Source of the DNA: Gnetum montanum
Taxonomy: Eukaryota; Plantae; Gnetophyta
NCBI GenBank assembly: GCA_015680685.1
Contig: MNCI01002813.1
Span: forward strand, 1,074,048-1,138,047
Direction: 5' to 3'
DNA length: 64,000 bases
This document shows positions 11,965 to 23,300 of the stretch, piece by piece. Every line of letters starts with the position of its first letter. Positions within the stretch are counted from its first letter, which is position 1. Under the pieces are notes generated by a model, which was not told the DNA's origin, made no database searches, and was given only the letters and a program-made list of their open reading frames with translations. Made by a program: the position numbers and the translations under genes.

Positions 11965-13552
11965 CCATTACCATGGCCTCTTAGTTTTTCTCCCTTTGTA
12001 TTTTTCACGTTTTTAATTTTATAATTTTTTTGATTTTCAAGTTTTTCTAAAATTTACACCATGTTTAGTACCTTTAAAATTTCTTAATTATTTTACACTT
12101 TCTTATATATTTTACTTTATTTTTTTTCTTTTGTATCTTTTGATTAAGTGTGATATTTTCTCATTTTTTGCTAATAAATTTGGTTTTTTGTCACATGACA
12201 CAATGTTGTTGTTGTCGTTTACTAATGATGGTTTGTGCTTAATGTGTGATTGTCGATGTCTAGTTTCTATTTTTAAATTCTAATGTCTGATGGCTTTGGC
12301 ATGGTTAGTTTCTCATGGAACAGGTAGTGGGTCCATGTCATCAGCCCATCTAATGAGCTCTATGGTTTTCTTTATTTTGGGAATTTCAAGTCCCTTTTTT
12401 CATTAAAGAAACTTTTAATCAATCAATGACCTTGGTAGTTCTGAAATTAGGAAGAATCTAAAGGTTTGTAAAGGCTGTGACTTCAAGGGGACTCAATACT
12501 CTTTATACTCTTCTTCTTACTTGAGTGCTTGAGTGTTTTTTTGTGGACTTCTTACCGTTCCATACCACCTAATGATAGGAAGACAAATAACATTATTGCA
12601 TGATGCAATTCCTATCATTCAAAATAAAATAAAATAAAATAAAATTATGGGAATTCAAAACACACCCCTTTGACACAAATAAGTGCTCACATGGTGTGGT
12701 TCCCATTTCAAAAAAAAATAATGGAAATTCAAAGCACACCCCTTAGAAAAATAAAAGGGCTATAAGCATTGGCTATGGGACTCAAAAGACATACACCTAT
12801 GCCTAAAGGTCCCCTCTAACTAAGGCCCTTTCTCTCTCACATCCTACCTCTGTCTCCTCTTTGTGGAATGGTGGTTGTCTTACAAGGACACTCTTGTGTC
12901 TTAAGTGGATGGATCGGTCTTAGAGTGGTGATGCAAAGTCACTAAATGCATATAGCTTTGGTATCGAGTAAGTATAGAACTTCTTAGGTCATTTTAATGA
13001 CAATTCCACAATGAACTTCTTATGACCTCAATTTGGAACTCCATTCCACCTTTTCTATCATCCATCAATGCTACCATAACTCACCTCACTGTTGAGTTCT
13101 ATGTTATGCTCTATTTCCTAGTATGAAGTATTGGGATTCTTGAGTGCATTCTTTTGGGTTGGTCCTTAACTTGTGATGACCATTAAATCAACTATGGGGC
13201 CCACAGACTCCTTAGTTGAGGTTATGCAAGGGAAAAAAGGACATGAGCCTACTATGGGGATGACCCACTTGCATAGCTTTTAGCTTGATTAGTTAAGGTT
13301 CCTTACTTTGATATCATTACAATCTTATATTTTGTATTTTCCATTGTGTAAATTTCTCAATACTCCTTAATATTTCATTGCATTAATCCATTAAATTAAT
13401 TTTTCTCCTTTTTTTAAATTTATGAACTTCAACATCCTCTTCTCATGATTTCATACTATTCTTGGTCTTCCCAACTTTCCTTTGACCCCAATTTCATTGA
13501 AAAATTCCTTATATTTTCAAAGTTTGACCAAAGTCAACTAAAGTCAACAACT

Positions 13553-13630
13553 ACATCAACAAGGCCTCATCAACATAGCCAGCCACATTAATGAGGCCTC
13601 ATCGACATAGTGCAAAAATACTATATATAC
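13553..13630 (+). promoter_or_regulatory. Putative internal promoter of the E1 accessory gene: two LTR-type palindromes plus TATA
   Basis: CATCAACAAGGCCTCATCAAC and CATTAATGAGGCCTCATCGAC, then CTATATATA at 13621. Same motif-to-TATA arrangement as in the E1 LTRs. Confidence 0.65.
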
Positions 13631-14082
13631 TTCTGGATACTTTAGAATTTTTTGCAATTTACTCATAACACCCAGGGAATTTTTGCAATTTTTCAGAGCC
13701 CAAAACCTTCCAAAGTTCATAACTTTCAAACTGTTTATCCAAATCACTTCATTTTTTGATCTTGCACTTACTGAAGGAGAGATCTTTATCATGGGGGCCA
13801 TAAACCTTAAGGTTTTCGATGTAATTTTCAAAATTTTTCTAACTCCCCCAAGGGTTAGTAACCTTAATCATATATAAAAATCAACTTTTTCCAAGTTAAC
13901 CCTTCCAACAATCTTCGAGATGTTTTATCAATGATAAGGCATAAATAGAAATAACAATTGAGTTAATTAAATCAGCTATAATTACAACTTAGCCAAGTGT
14001 AACTACCCTCAAGAGTTAAGGTATCCCAATTGTTTTAAGGTTACATAATGATTGCTAATTCATGGTTCCATTGTGATTATAA

Positions 14083-16923
14083 ATGGCACCAAAAAAAATT
14101 TCTATAGGAAGGAGAACCCTCACAACCATGGGAGAAGTAACCTAGAGTTGGAAGGGGCCAACAGGAACAAAGCCAAGAACAACAATAGGCAACCCATGCA
14201 ATGGGACCTCTTTGTGAGGAGCCTGAAGTGGAATCTATTCGACAGATTCTAGAAGAGAAAGTGCCTATAGAATAATCTCAACAAGGAGAAACACCTAGAC
14301 CTATGCCAAGGCTTGAGGTCACTTTGACTTAAGCCTACCTAGACATCATCAAGTCCTAAGAGATCCAAAGATCAATTGTTCAAGAGATAAACTTTGGGTC
14401 ATTTTTGAAGAATGCCCTATAGGATGTTGAGACACAATTGCAAGCCTCTCCCATGTGGCCAGTCATCACGTCTAATGGGGAGTGGTACATGTGAAAGGCC
14501 TATCTCTTCAGCTAGGGTCCATTGTAAAAATCAAGGACATTCAATTGTCCTACTTGGCAAAGGCCATTGCATAGGCAATAGGGCTACCAGACATTGGAAC
14601 ACAATTGGCAAAGATATCAACAAAAGGTGATCTTAAGGAAAAAAGGAGTGAACCTAGTGATGCTATGGGGTGTACCATAAGGAGTATGATGCACTCACAA
14701 TGGAATAGTAGATTTATTTGAAGATTGTGGCCTATCACCTCAATCCAATAGTGAGGCCAAGCAAGGTGGCTACTTTCTCTGCTTGAGCATGTACTGCTCT
14801 AAGCGTGAAATTTCTTGTTAACCTTCCACAACTAATTTATTTAGAGATTGAGAAGCGTTTCAAGGAGAACGAAATTAAAAGGAAGAAAATACCCTTTCCA
14901 TGCCTCATAAATAAACTTTGCAAAAGGGCAGGCATCATTTGCTACTCTAATAATACTCTCAGGCATGCTCCCTTAGCCTCATGGGAAAAAATCATGAAAG
15001 ATAAAATGCCAACAACCATTCAAGAAGAGAAGCTACCACCACCACCACCCACTTAGGAAACCACACCAGAGGCCCATGCAACCCTTGAACATCTATGGAA
15101 AATCTAAGAGCAACTCTTGAGAAAACAAGAGCAATAAGTAGGAACTAGTAGGATGGATCCATTTGTGTATCAACCAGCAATGAGTCACCTTAATGAGGTG
15201 GCCTAAATAGTTAGCTGGATGGAGAGGGATGGTTCCATTTTCTTTTCCCAAAGAATGTAGCTACCTTGAAGGTTAGATCCAAATGCTCAAAAGGTGATGG
15301 TGTCATTAGCAACACATCATCTATTCCTAGAAATCTTTGGGAATGCCACCGCTTTCTTGGTGAGGTTGGAGGAAGGTGAAGAGACAACTGTCTTGGTGAT
15401 GCAACACCAAGGGTAGGAGACAGTGGAAAAAGTAGTAGTTGACCATGTAGCTAAAGCACAAAATGCATCTACAACTTCTGTATTAGATGTATCTACACTC
15501 CAAGATGTGCAAACATCTGTAGGCATGGTTTGAGGAAAATTGAACCTAGCCAAACATGAAAAACTACTAGAATGACTGGTAGGAACCAAGCAACCAATTT
15601 TGGATATCTTTGATCTTCTAGAGAACATCACTGCAACCTATTCAAAGTTATTGAATGCAATGGGTAGATGCATCATTTTGGAGGGGCACTAGAAATAGCC
15701 CAAGAGCAAAATCAACGCTTGGCGGTAGAGGTTACTAAACTTGTGCTCAAGTTGCAGAACAAGCAATCCTCGGCCCAACAATGACAAGAGATGAAGCTAT
15801 CAAACAACTTCAAGTAAAACTTTAAAAGGTTGAGGAAGAAGTAGTAATGACCATCTTCAAACAGTTCGTGGTAGAAGATGAAATTCACTCAATCAAAAAG
15901 GGCTTGAATCAAATGTGCCAAGAAAATGAAGCATTGATTGCACAAAATCATTGCCTATGAAATGTTGATGCTTAGAGAGATCAAATGTAAGAATTCATTC
16001 ATCAATAGTAGGAGCAGCTTGCTAGAGTCAACACTAAACTAAGAATACTGGCCATGGAGAACCACAATCTATCAATGGAGGAGGTATGCACCTTGTGACA
16101 AAAGTCTGCCATTGAAATTACTGCATAGAAGAACAAATCTTTCAAGTTTGAGAAAATGAAAAATCACTACAAGGACCAAGTTGGCTTGCGAAAGGAAATT
16201 AATGAAAAGTAAATCTAGATGAAAAAGGCTAAAGTAAATGAAGTTTTATAGCAACTCTAACAAGGAAAAGAGATGTGGCAACCCATCATTGATGGGATTA
16301 ACGCCTACAACAAAGTGGAGATCCACTTAAAGGAGTTGTAGATTGAAAAGATGACAGAGTATATGGAGTTGGCCAATTTCTATCATGCAAATTTGGTAAT
16401 GTTGAAAACTAAACAACCATGGTCAGAATTAGAAAAATAGGTGGCTAGCTTGTATATGCTATACGAGGCCAAGTTCAAACACCACAAGGACACCAAGCAA
16501 AAGCTTGAGACTGCTAACACTAAACTTGAAGATCTTAAAGGATGATTCACAAGTTAATGATCCATCATTGAGGACCTAGTTAGATGGATGAATGACTACG
16601 AGGAGTTGAAGAACACAATGCAATCATTTGACATTGAATGCAAATAGTTCACTACCTACTTTATCAATGTTAAGGAGTTGTTTCTAGTGATCACATGTCC
16701 TTGGGATGTGTTCATTCTAGCCCACATTGGGGAAGCTGCATGGACGATGCATGATCCTAGGAGTAAGAAGGATAAAATGAAAGCACTACTAGATGCTTTC
16801 CACCTTCCACCTAAAGTTGCAAAAATAGTAGGCTAACCATAGCCACCTCAACCACCACCAGTGCATGAAGTCGTTGAAGGTTCCTCGGAGCCTCAGGAAC
16901 CACCATTGCTTGGGACCGTTTGA
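14083..16923 (+). pseudogene. E1 accessory ('env-like') ORF, about 946 codons: Transposase_32-like domain plus long coiled coil
   Basis: Starts MAPKK; contains VNLPQLIYLEIEKRF..IPFPCLINKLCKRAGI; E/K/Q/L-rich region about 15600-16650; ends EPPLLGTV*. Homologs at 30712, 49290 and 57166. Confidence 0.75.
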
Positions 16924-17158
16924 TCTTCTCCAAAAATCTTCACATCATCAAGGAACATGTTGTCCAATTTTTGAACAATTGTATCATGGTGTTTAATTTT
17001 GTGTTCTAAACACCATCATTTTTTATAATGTGTTAATCCATACACCTAGGCATTCCATTTTTTTTCAAGTTAGTCAAGTTTGTTTCATTGAAAGAAAAGT
17101 CAATCAATAATCCCATACCTTTCCAATTTTGTAAAAGAACTCAAGGATGAGTTTTCAT

Positions 17159-17173
17159 TTAGTCGTGGGAGTA
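17159..17173 (+). promoter_or_regulatory. E1 polypurine tract
   Basis: TTAGTCGTGGGAGTA directly before the 3' LTR; E6 equivalent is TTAGTCATGGGGGTA. Confidence 0.7.
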
Positions 17174-18091
17174 TGGTGAGTCATCATTGGTTAATTGCAT
17201 CGACGAGGCCTCGTTGATGCATCTCACCCTACATTGATGAGGCCTCATCGACGCATCTTGCCTTGCATTGATGAGGCCTTGTCGATGTAGTGTTTGTCTG
17301 TTGCCTATAAATATGTGCCTACTAGCCACATTTATGGGGAATCTAGATTTCAGTAGTAGCGAAGCTCTTGCATTTTTTCCATTTGAAAGTTAGAATTTTT
17401 TCCCTAAGTGCCTGCAACAGGAGTCATTATGTGTACGAATCTTTATTTGATCATTGTTGTACCTAAGCACGATCGTGTGTGCGATAATAAAGACGAGCTT
17501 TTTGATAAACTTTGCAACACTTTGGATAGATTAGCTATTTTATTTATGAATTTAATGTTTTTAATTATTTCAATTATTTATTAAATGCTTTTAATTAGTT
17601 ATCAAATATTTTCTAGTTATTACATTAATGAGACAATTAAGCAAGATAGATTACACACATAAGTATGACTACTTTGAGCATAACACGTATTCGCTTGGTA
17701 ATCCCAGCAGCATTATAACTTGATACATCTAGTAGTATAACATTTGGTCACCTAGTGGTGGATACATGGGTTTAGGACATGTACGGAAAGTGGGAATGGA
17801 TACTTATGTTAGGATTAGTTAAATGATTAGTTAATTAAACTTCTTTTATCTACATTTTGAGCACCAAAATATAAAATACAAAATGATAAAAATTGGATGC
17901 CTTAGTTACACTTACCATACCAATGTACATCACAAGTGTAATTGGGAGGACAACAATTGACCTTAAGGCTAAATTCACTTCCTAAAGGGCTAGTGCACTA
18001 GAAATGATAAAGTCCATAGAATTCAACCAAATCATGTGTGAACGCTTTGTGATTCATATGGTTGGGTGTAGAGGTATCTCCCCACTCATCA
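17174..18091 (+). repeat. E1 3' LTR
   Basis: TGGTGAGT...ACTCATCA; aligns with 5386-6283. Confidence 0.95.
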
Positions 18092-18560
18092 TAAGCTATA
18101 GAAAAATTTTTAGTCTTCATTGGATAGGTCATACACTAGGCCAGGGCTGACTACCTTGTTTGGATCTACATGACCTAAACCATAGTTAAAGGGGCAAGCT
18201 ACTCCATGCGATACCTTCATAAGGTTTGTCCTATCGTTGTCCATTATTGTGGCTATGTTCATGATTGAAAACTTGATGGTTGCTAGACTCCATCATGGGT
18301 GTGCTTCCCTTAACAAGGTCTTAACATCGAAGACATGTGGGCATGACATGGAAGTTCCAAAAACAATGTTAAAATCCATGTGTCTTTTGTCAAAGGAAAA
18401 TCCTATGGGAGATGATTCTTTGGAATATGCTGCAAGAATGTTTAGCCTCCTAGTTGTTATATCAAGCTTTAGTATATCATGTGTAAGACTATTTGGTCCT
18501 TGAGATGAGAAGGCTACCATCATTGGGGTAGGTCTTCTATCTAGTTTTGTAGGTGCATGT
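18092..18560 (-). pseudogene. Subtilase C-terminal fragment, copy B (split by E1)
   Basis: ORF 18293..18523 MMVAFSSQGPN..GTSMSCPH..HP is collinear with 3316..3546. Confidence 0.92.
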
Positions 18561-18921
18561 ATATTGGATAGAATGAAGAAACTACTTTTTATTTGGTAAT
18601 CCTAAATGAGATAGGTGGCTATAAAGATGCATGAGGCATGAAATTTATGCTTAAATGTTTTTAATATTTTAAAATTTTAAATACATATTTAAGGATAAAA
18701 AATTAACATTTGAGACAATCTTTCATAAACTACATGATCCAAAACATGGCTGCGAAACCTATAGTATTCTTAATTTTCATGGGATTGAGACTTATTAGTC
18801 ATGGCCAATGTTAATGGATGACAATGATCTCTTATAACAATAAATAATTTAAAGGCTACATGATACTTCTCATTGAAAGCACCCCTATTCAAATAGTGAA
18901 ACCATACACTAGTGATTAGAC
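18092..18921 (-). repeat. Right arm of the inverted repeat, outer part
   Basis: Reverse complement of 2934-3745, including non-coding AT-rich sequence. Confidence 0.9.
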
Positions 18922-19979
18922 CAACATGTCATGAACCCATGCCTAACATGGGAAATGTTGGCATCAACAATTAACATTACAAAGAAATAGCACCAAAACA
19001 CATGGATGGAAAATAGAAATTTTGTATATGGTTCTGAAAAATTGTGCATGGAAAAATCTTGAAGGGAAGAGGTAGCAAGGCACAATTCGACAACAAGAGG
19101 ACAATGCGGGAAACTTGCAGGACGTTTACACCATGATTTCAACTACCACTATTTGGAATGATAACATGTAGGGCAACGACAACAAGAATCATGGTTCAAA
19201 TATCAAGATAGGATAGGACTCTTAGTAAGTTTCTTGTTACTAGGACTAGGTGTGAGGCAAGTTTCCAAGGCATATGTCAAAGATTTGGAATTGATAACTT
19301 AGCCATTTCCAATATACTTTCACTGTCTAAATGACTATCAGTAGGAAATCAATGACAGGTTTCAAGAAGGACTACCATGCAAATACAATAATCTAGACTC
19401 TTAATGGTGTTCAATATTTTCACTTTCTTTAGCTAAACTATTCCTTATTTTAGAAAGCTTATGATTTTATTACTTCTAGTTGCTTGTGGTTTGTACATGG
19501 ATAGCATGATCAATGGCCTATAATTAAAGGTTCATGATATTTTTCAGCTTTATATTATCTAAACTCCCAAATTTTTGTTTTCCTTTATGCAAATTATTGG
19601 AAAATTCTATGTGATAAATCCATCCTTTTATAAAAATGTTATCCCCTCAATTTTCTTTTACTTTGCTGATATTAGGCATCTAATGCTCAATATGGTAAGA
19701 AGCAAAGAAAAAAAATGAAAAAGAGAGGTCCATCCATTGACACATATTAGATTCATAACTAAATATAATCAAGTTGTTGCAATTTTGGGATATTCAAATG
19801 GCCTACATTTTTTTTGTATATGTTTCCTACCCTCCCTAGACCATGTCCATTATCATTAACATCCTTAAAAGTTGTATTTATTGGCTCTTTATCTTGTTGA
19901 GCTTACTTTGTTTTATCTATAATACCATCATAAATAATTTGCATGGTTAGAACACCTATAGGATTTCTAATTTTCATGT

Positions 19980-20108
19980 GATTAACACTTATTAAACATG
20001 ACCCCCTACTAGCATGGGAGAGTTGATATCAACAGATGCATTAAACTATGCATCAACAAGATTGTGTTGATGCATGCCCATTGATGTAGCCAATTAAATG
20101 ACTCATCA
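19980..20108 (-). repeat. Truncated LTR 5' end (U3), related to E1/E2 LTRs
   Basis: Minus strand begins TGATGAGTCATTTAATTGGCTACATCAA and contains a GCATCAAC..GTTGATGC palindrome. Confidence 0.7.
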
Positions 20109-21109
20109 CTTATGAATCCTTGTATGATGAACAAATTTGCATTGTAATAATTCCATCATTTAATACTTGTTCCTTATTCTAGCAATTTGGACACTCTCTT
20201 TGGGCTTGTTGTCTCTCTATGTTATGCTTATTATGTTTTAGTAACATTGCTTTTTCTAGTAGTGCATCTTTTTTTAGTTCATGTCCACTTCTGCATCACA
20301 AGTTGATAATATTCTTATGATTATTATTCATAACTTAATGTATCATGAATACTTGTATTTTTTCTTATCACAACTATACTTTCGTATTTAACTTTGTTGA
20401 GCCTCTTTTGACTTAGCTTCATTAGACTTTACAAAATACCTCTTTGTAAGTCTTTTTATTTTTTTTATTAACTTAACCATCATAGCCTTCTAGATGGTCT
20501 TTGCTTCTTATTTAAGAAACTAAACTAGGCTATGTATAACATAACTTGGATCTTCTCTTTCTCTTTATGCAACTGGATCTTGTGATATAGGGATCATTCT
20601 TATCTCTTGCAATACTTGGTTCTTCACATCAAGTTACTTCTCTAACCTTTTGGTTTGGGCTTTCATTGTGACTCTTGTAGCTCTTAATGACATCTTCATG
20701 CATTGTTGCATGCTCCTATTTATGTTTGTAGGGTAAGGCATTTCACCTTCATAATCTTATAAATCATTATGGTTTGTAATCTTTTCTTTATTACAAACAT
20801 TGTTATGGATATTATTCCAATACTACTATTTATTTATTTCTACTTTATTCTTATTTCATATGTTACAAAGTGAGGACTTGTCTCCTCTTATCCTTCGTAA
20901 GAAGTTATGACTCTTCGCTAAATCATCCTAACCATTCATATCTACTAATAGATTAAGTTAAGAAATGAATAATTGTACCTTAACTTAGAAGTATAATCTA
21001 ATAAGGTTGAATTAGTCATGAATGTTTAAGAATGGTTTAAATATGATAAAAAATAATGGTTTTTTAAAAATATAGTTGAAATTGAATAGAAATGATTATT
21101 ATTAGCTAT

Positions 21110-23300
21110 ACATATTCCAAGGGAGCATGTTCATGATATCAAATTCAAACAAATCAACATGATCAATTTAACAACATATAGAAGGCATACCAATGACAAT
21201 CCCCAACTTCATGTTCAAGCCTTTCATAGTGCTTACTATCTCCAAGGAATCATGAGTGATTGTAAGAAGTTGCAGTTATTTCCATGCATCTTTGTTGTAC
21301 ATGCAAAAACATGGTATAATTCCTTACCACTTATATTAATTCAAAGATGGGTAGTCATGTTCAAAATACTCTATACAAAATTTTAGACCTATATCCAAAT
21401 TTCAAATGTCTAAAAGGAGATGGCCAAATGGAGGCAAGGAGCCTACGAGCCTCTCAACATTACCATGGAGAGGTACATGAAAACTACTTATTATTATTTG
21501 AACCATGGTTTTATAAAGGAAACTAGTTGATGCACATAGTAGAAGGGCTAAGGCAAAAAAAAAAAAACAAAAAGAGCATATGGACATGTATATGATGGGC
21601 TAGGTGCACAAATAGTTCATGATCTAAATCAAAGTGCTCTTAAACATCATTTTTAGCATGAAAGATACATGGAAAAAGCAAAAATTAATTGAGGAGCATA
21701 ATCATGATTCATCTGATGGGATGTCATAAACATTGATGGTACCACTAAACCTCCCATTGCAGTTGAGGCTCTAATACAAGATCCAATCAAAATGAAAAAA
21801 TCCTTGAAAAGCTTTGTCCATCATGTGGACTAAGTTTGGGACATGATGAATGAAAAGATAACCACCACTCTCAAGAACATTAATAGTAAGCTAGTTGAAG
21901 CTAAAACCAAAGCAATTGCACCATAAGAATACATAAATAGGTATGATGGTAGGGGTAAAGAGAAGCTTTCTTACTCTAAAAGCATTCAAGAAGATATAAA
22001 GAAGGCTTCCTGATCTTCCTTTGATGATAAGGATCTGGGTGAATATTGCATAGACTCTCATAATTCTCAATGTTAACTAGTCATGACTCATATGATTGGT
22101 GAGATGGAATGATCTAAGATACCTTTGATTCCTAGATTCATCAAGAGGTAAACAAAGAGGATTCCATACCTTATTCATTCATAATATCCTATTGATGCTT
22201 ATCTAGAACCCATGTAGTAGTACCAATAGTGGAAAACTCCAAATCCTTGGGATGCTACTCCATGCAATCTTCCAACTCTATGCAACAACAAACACCTTTG
22301 CCTAATTCTTACTTTTATGATGCACAAGAAAGTACTTATTAAATTTCAATGATGATACCTCAATAGTACCTACCTACTTCTAGCAATCTTGCCAATGAAG
22401 CTTTCTAGCAATAATACTAATAGCTTCTACTTCTTAGTCCCATCCAAGGTGTAATACCTAGTCAATCACAACCAAGGTAGGGTAAATCAAGTAATGTTAT
22501 TCATGGTAATGATCTTGCTTCTCGTCATGCATCTAGGTAGTATTACCAATCTTCTATTGATTTGGTTGTAGGGGAGATTTCAAGGTCCTATGATAGGAAA
22601 TTTTATCACAAGCTTAGACATGAGAATCAGGGGATTGGGTTTATATACTACTCTCCACCTTATGGAGAGAAAAATCATTTAAGCCAAAAAAACATCCCAC
22701 ACTCATGAGCTCTCCATGAATATACTTGACTATAATTCAAATGCAATATTAGCATCAAGGATGAGTTCCATTACTATGTTTAGTGGAGATAGCATGATGA
22801 CACCTAATGATGATTTCTTTACTATATATATTTCTATGGTGGCAATGCAGGTAGTCAAAGAATGATGTTTTCTTAAAAAGTAACTAGATCTTGATAGTTC
22901 CATGAAAGAGATTCAAATTGGTGAAACAAGTAATTTTCTAGCTCTCTATGACTCTAGTTTGGAAGTCAATCTCATCTCATTGTAATAATACCTTGATTGG
23001 GGGCTTCTTCTACTCAAGTGTAGCAACATTCAATTAGAGCTAGCAAACCAATCATATTCCTACCTTGTGGGATAGGTATGTAATGTAAGCATCTCTATTA
23101 TAGGTTGGTCATATCCTACTAATTTCATATTTCCTATATTAGAAGATAAGGTAGAAGAGGATCTTCTTGTTATAATGGGAAGATCCTTGTCAAGCATTGC
23201 AAATGCCAAGTTAGTTTATCAAGACCTCCATATCAAGATTACTAGAAGGGATGAGACTAAAGGAATGAACTATAAGAGAATACCTGATGATCCTTCCAGG
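21110..23300 (+). pseudogene. gag: Old Ty3 gag-protease remnant
   Basis: NPQLHVQAFHSAY..KLQLFP..AKTWYNSLP (gag); LYDSSLEVNLI near 22945 and VIMGR near 23170 (protease). Confidence 0.8.

Larger units (their letters stand above)
5386..18091 (+). mobile_element. E1: full-length Athila-like Ty3/gypsy LTR retrotransposon (decayed)
   Basis: Two similar LTRs with TGATGAGT...ACTCATCA termini, tRNA-Asp-type PBS, gag-RT-RH-IN order, extra ORF and PPT. Flanks CAAGT / TAAGC are each one transition from CAAGC, the empty-site sequence in the other repeat arm. Confidence 0.95.

Noticed and set aside
14083-16923. True retroviral envelope gene
   Set aside because: No evident signal peptide, fusion peptide or TM anchor; basic N-terminus and coiled coil instead.
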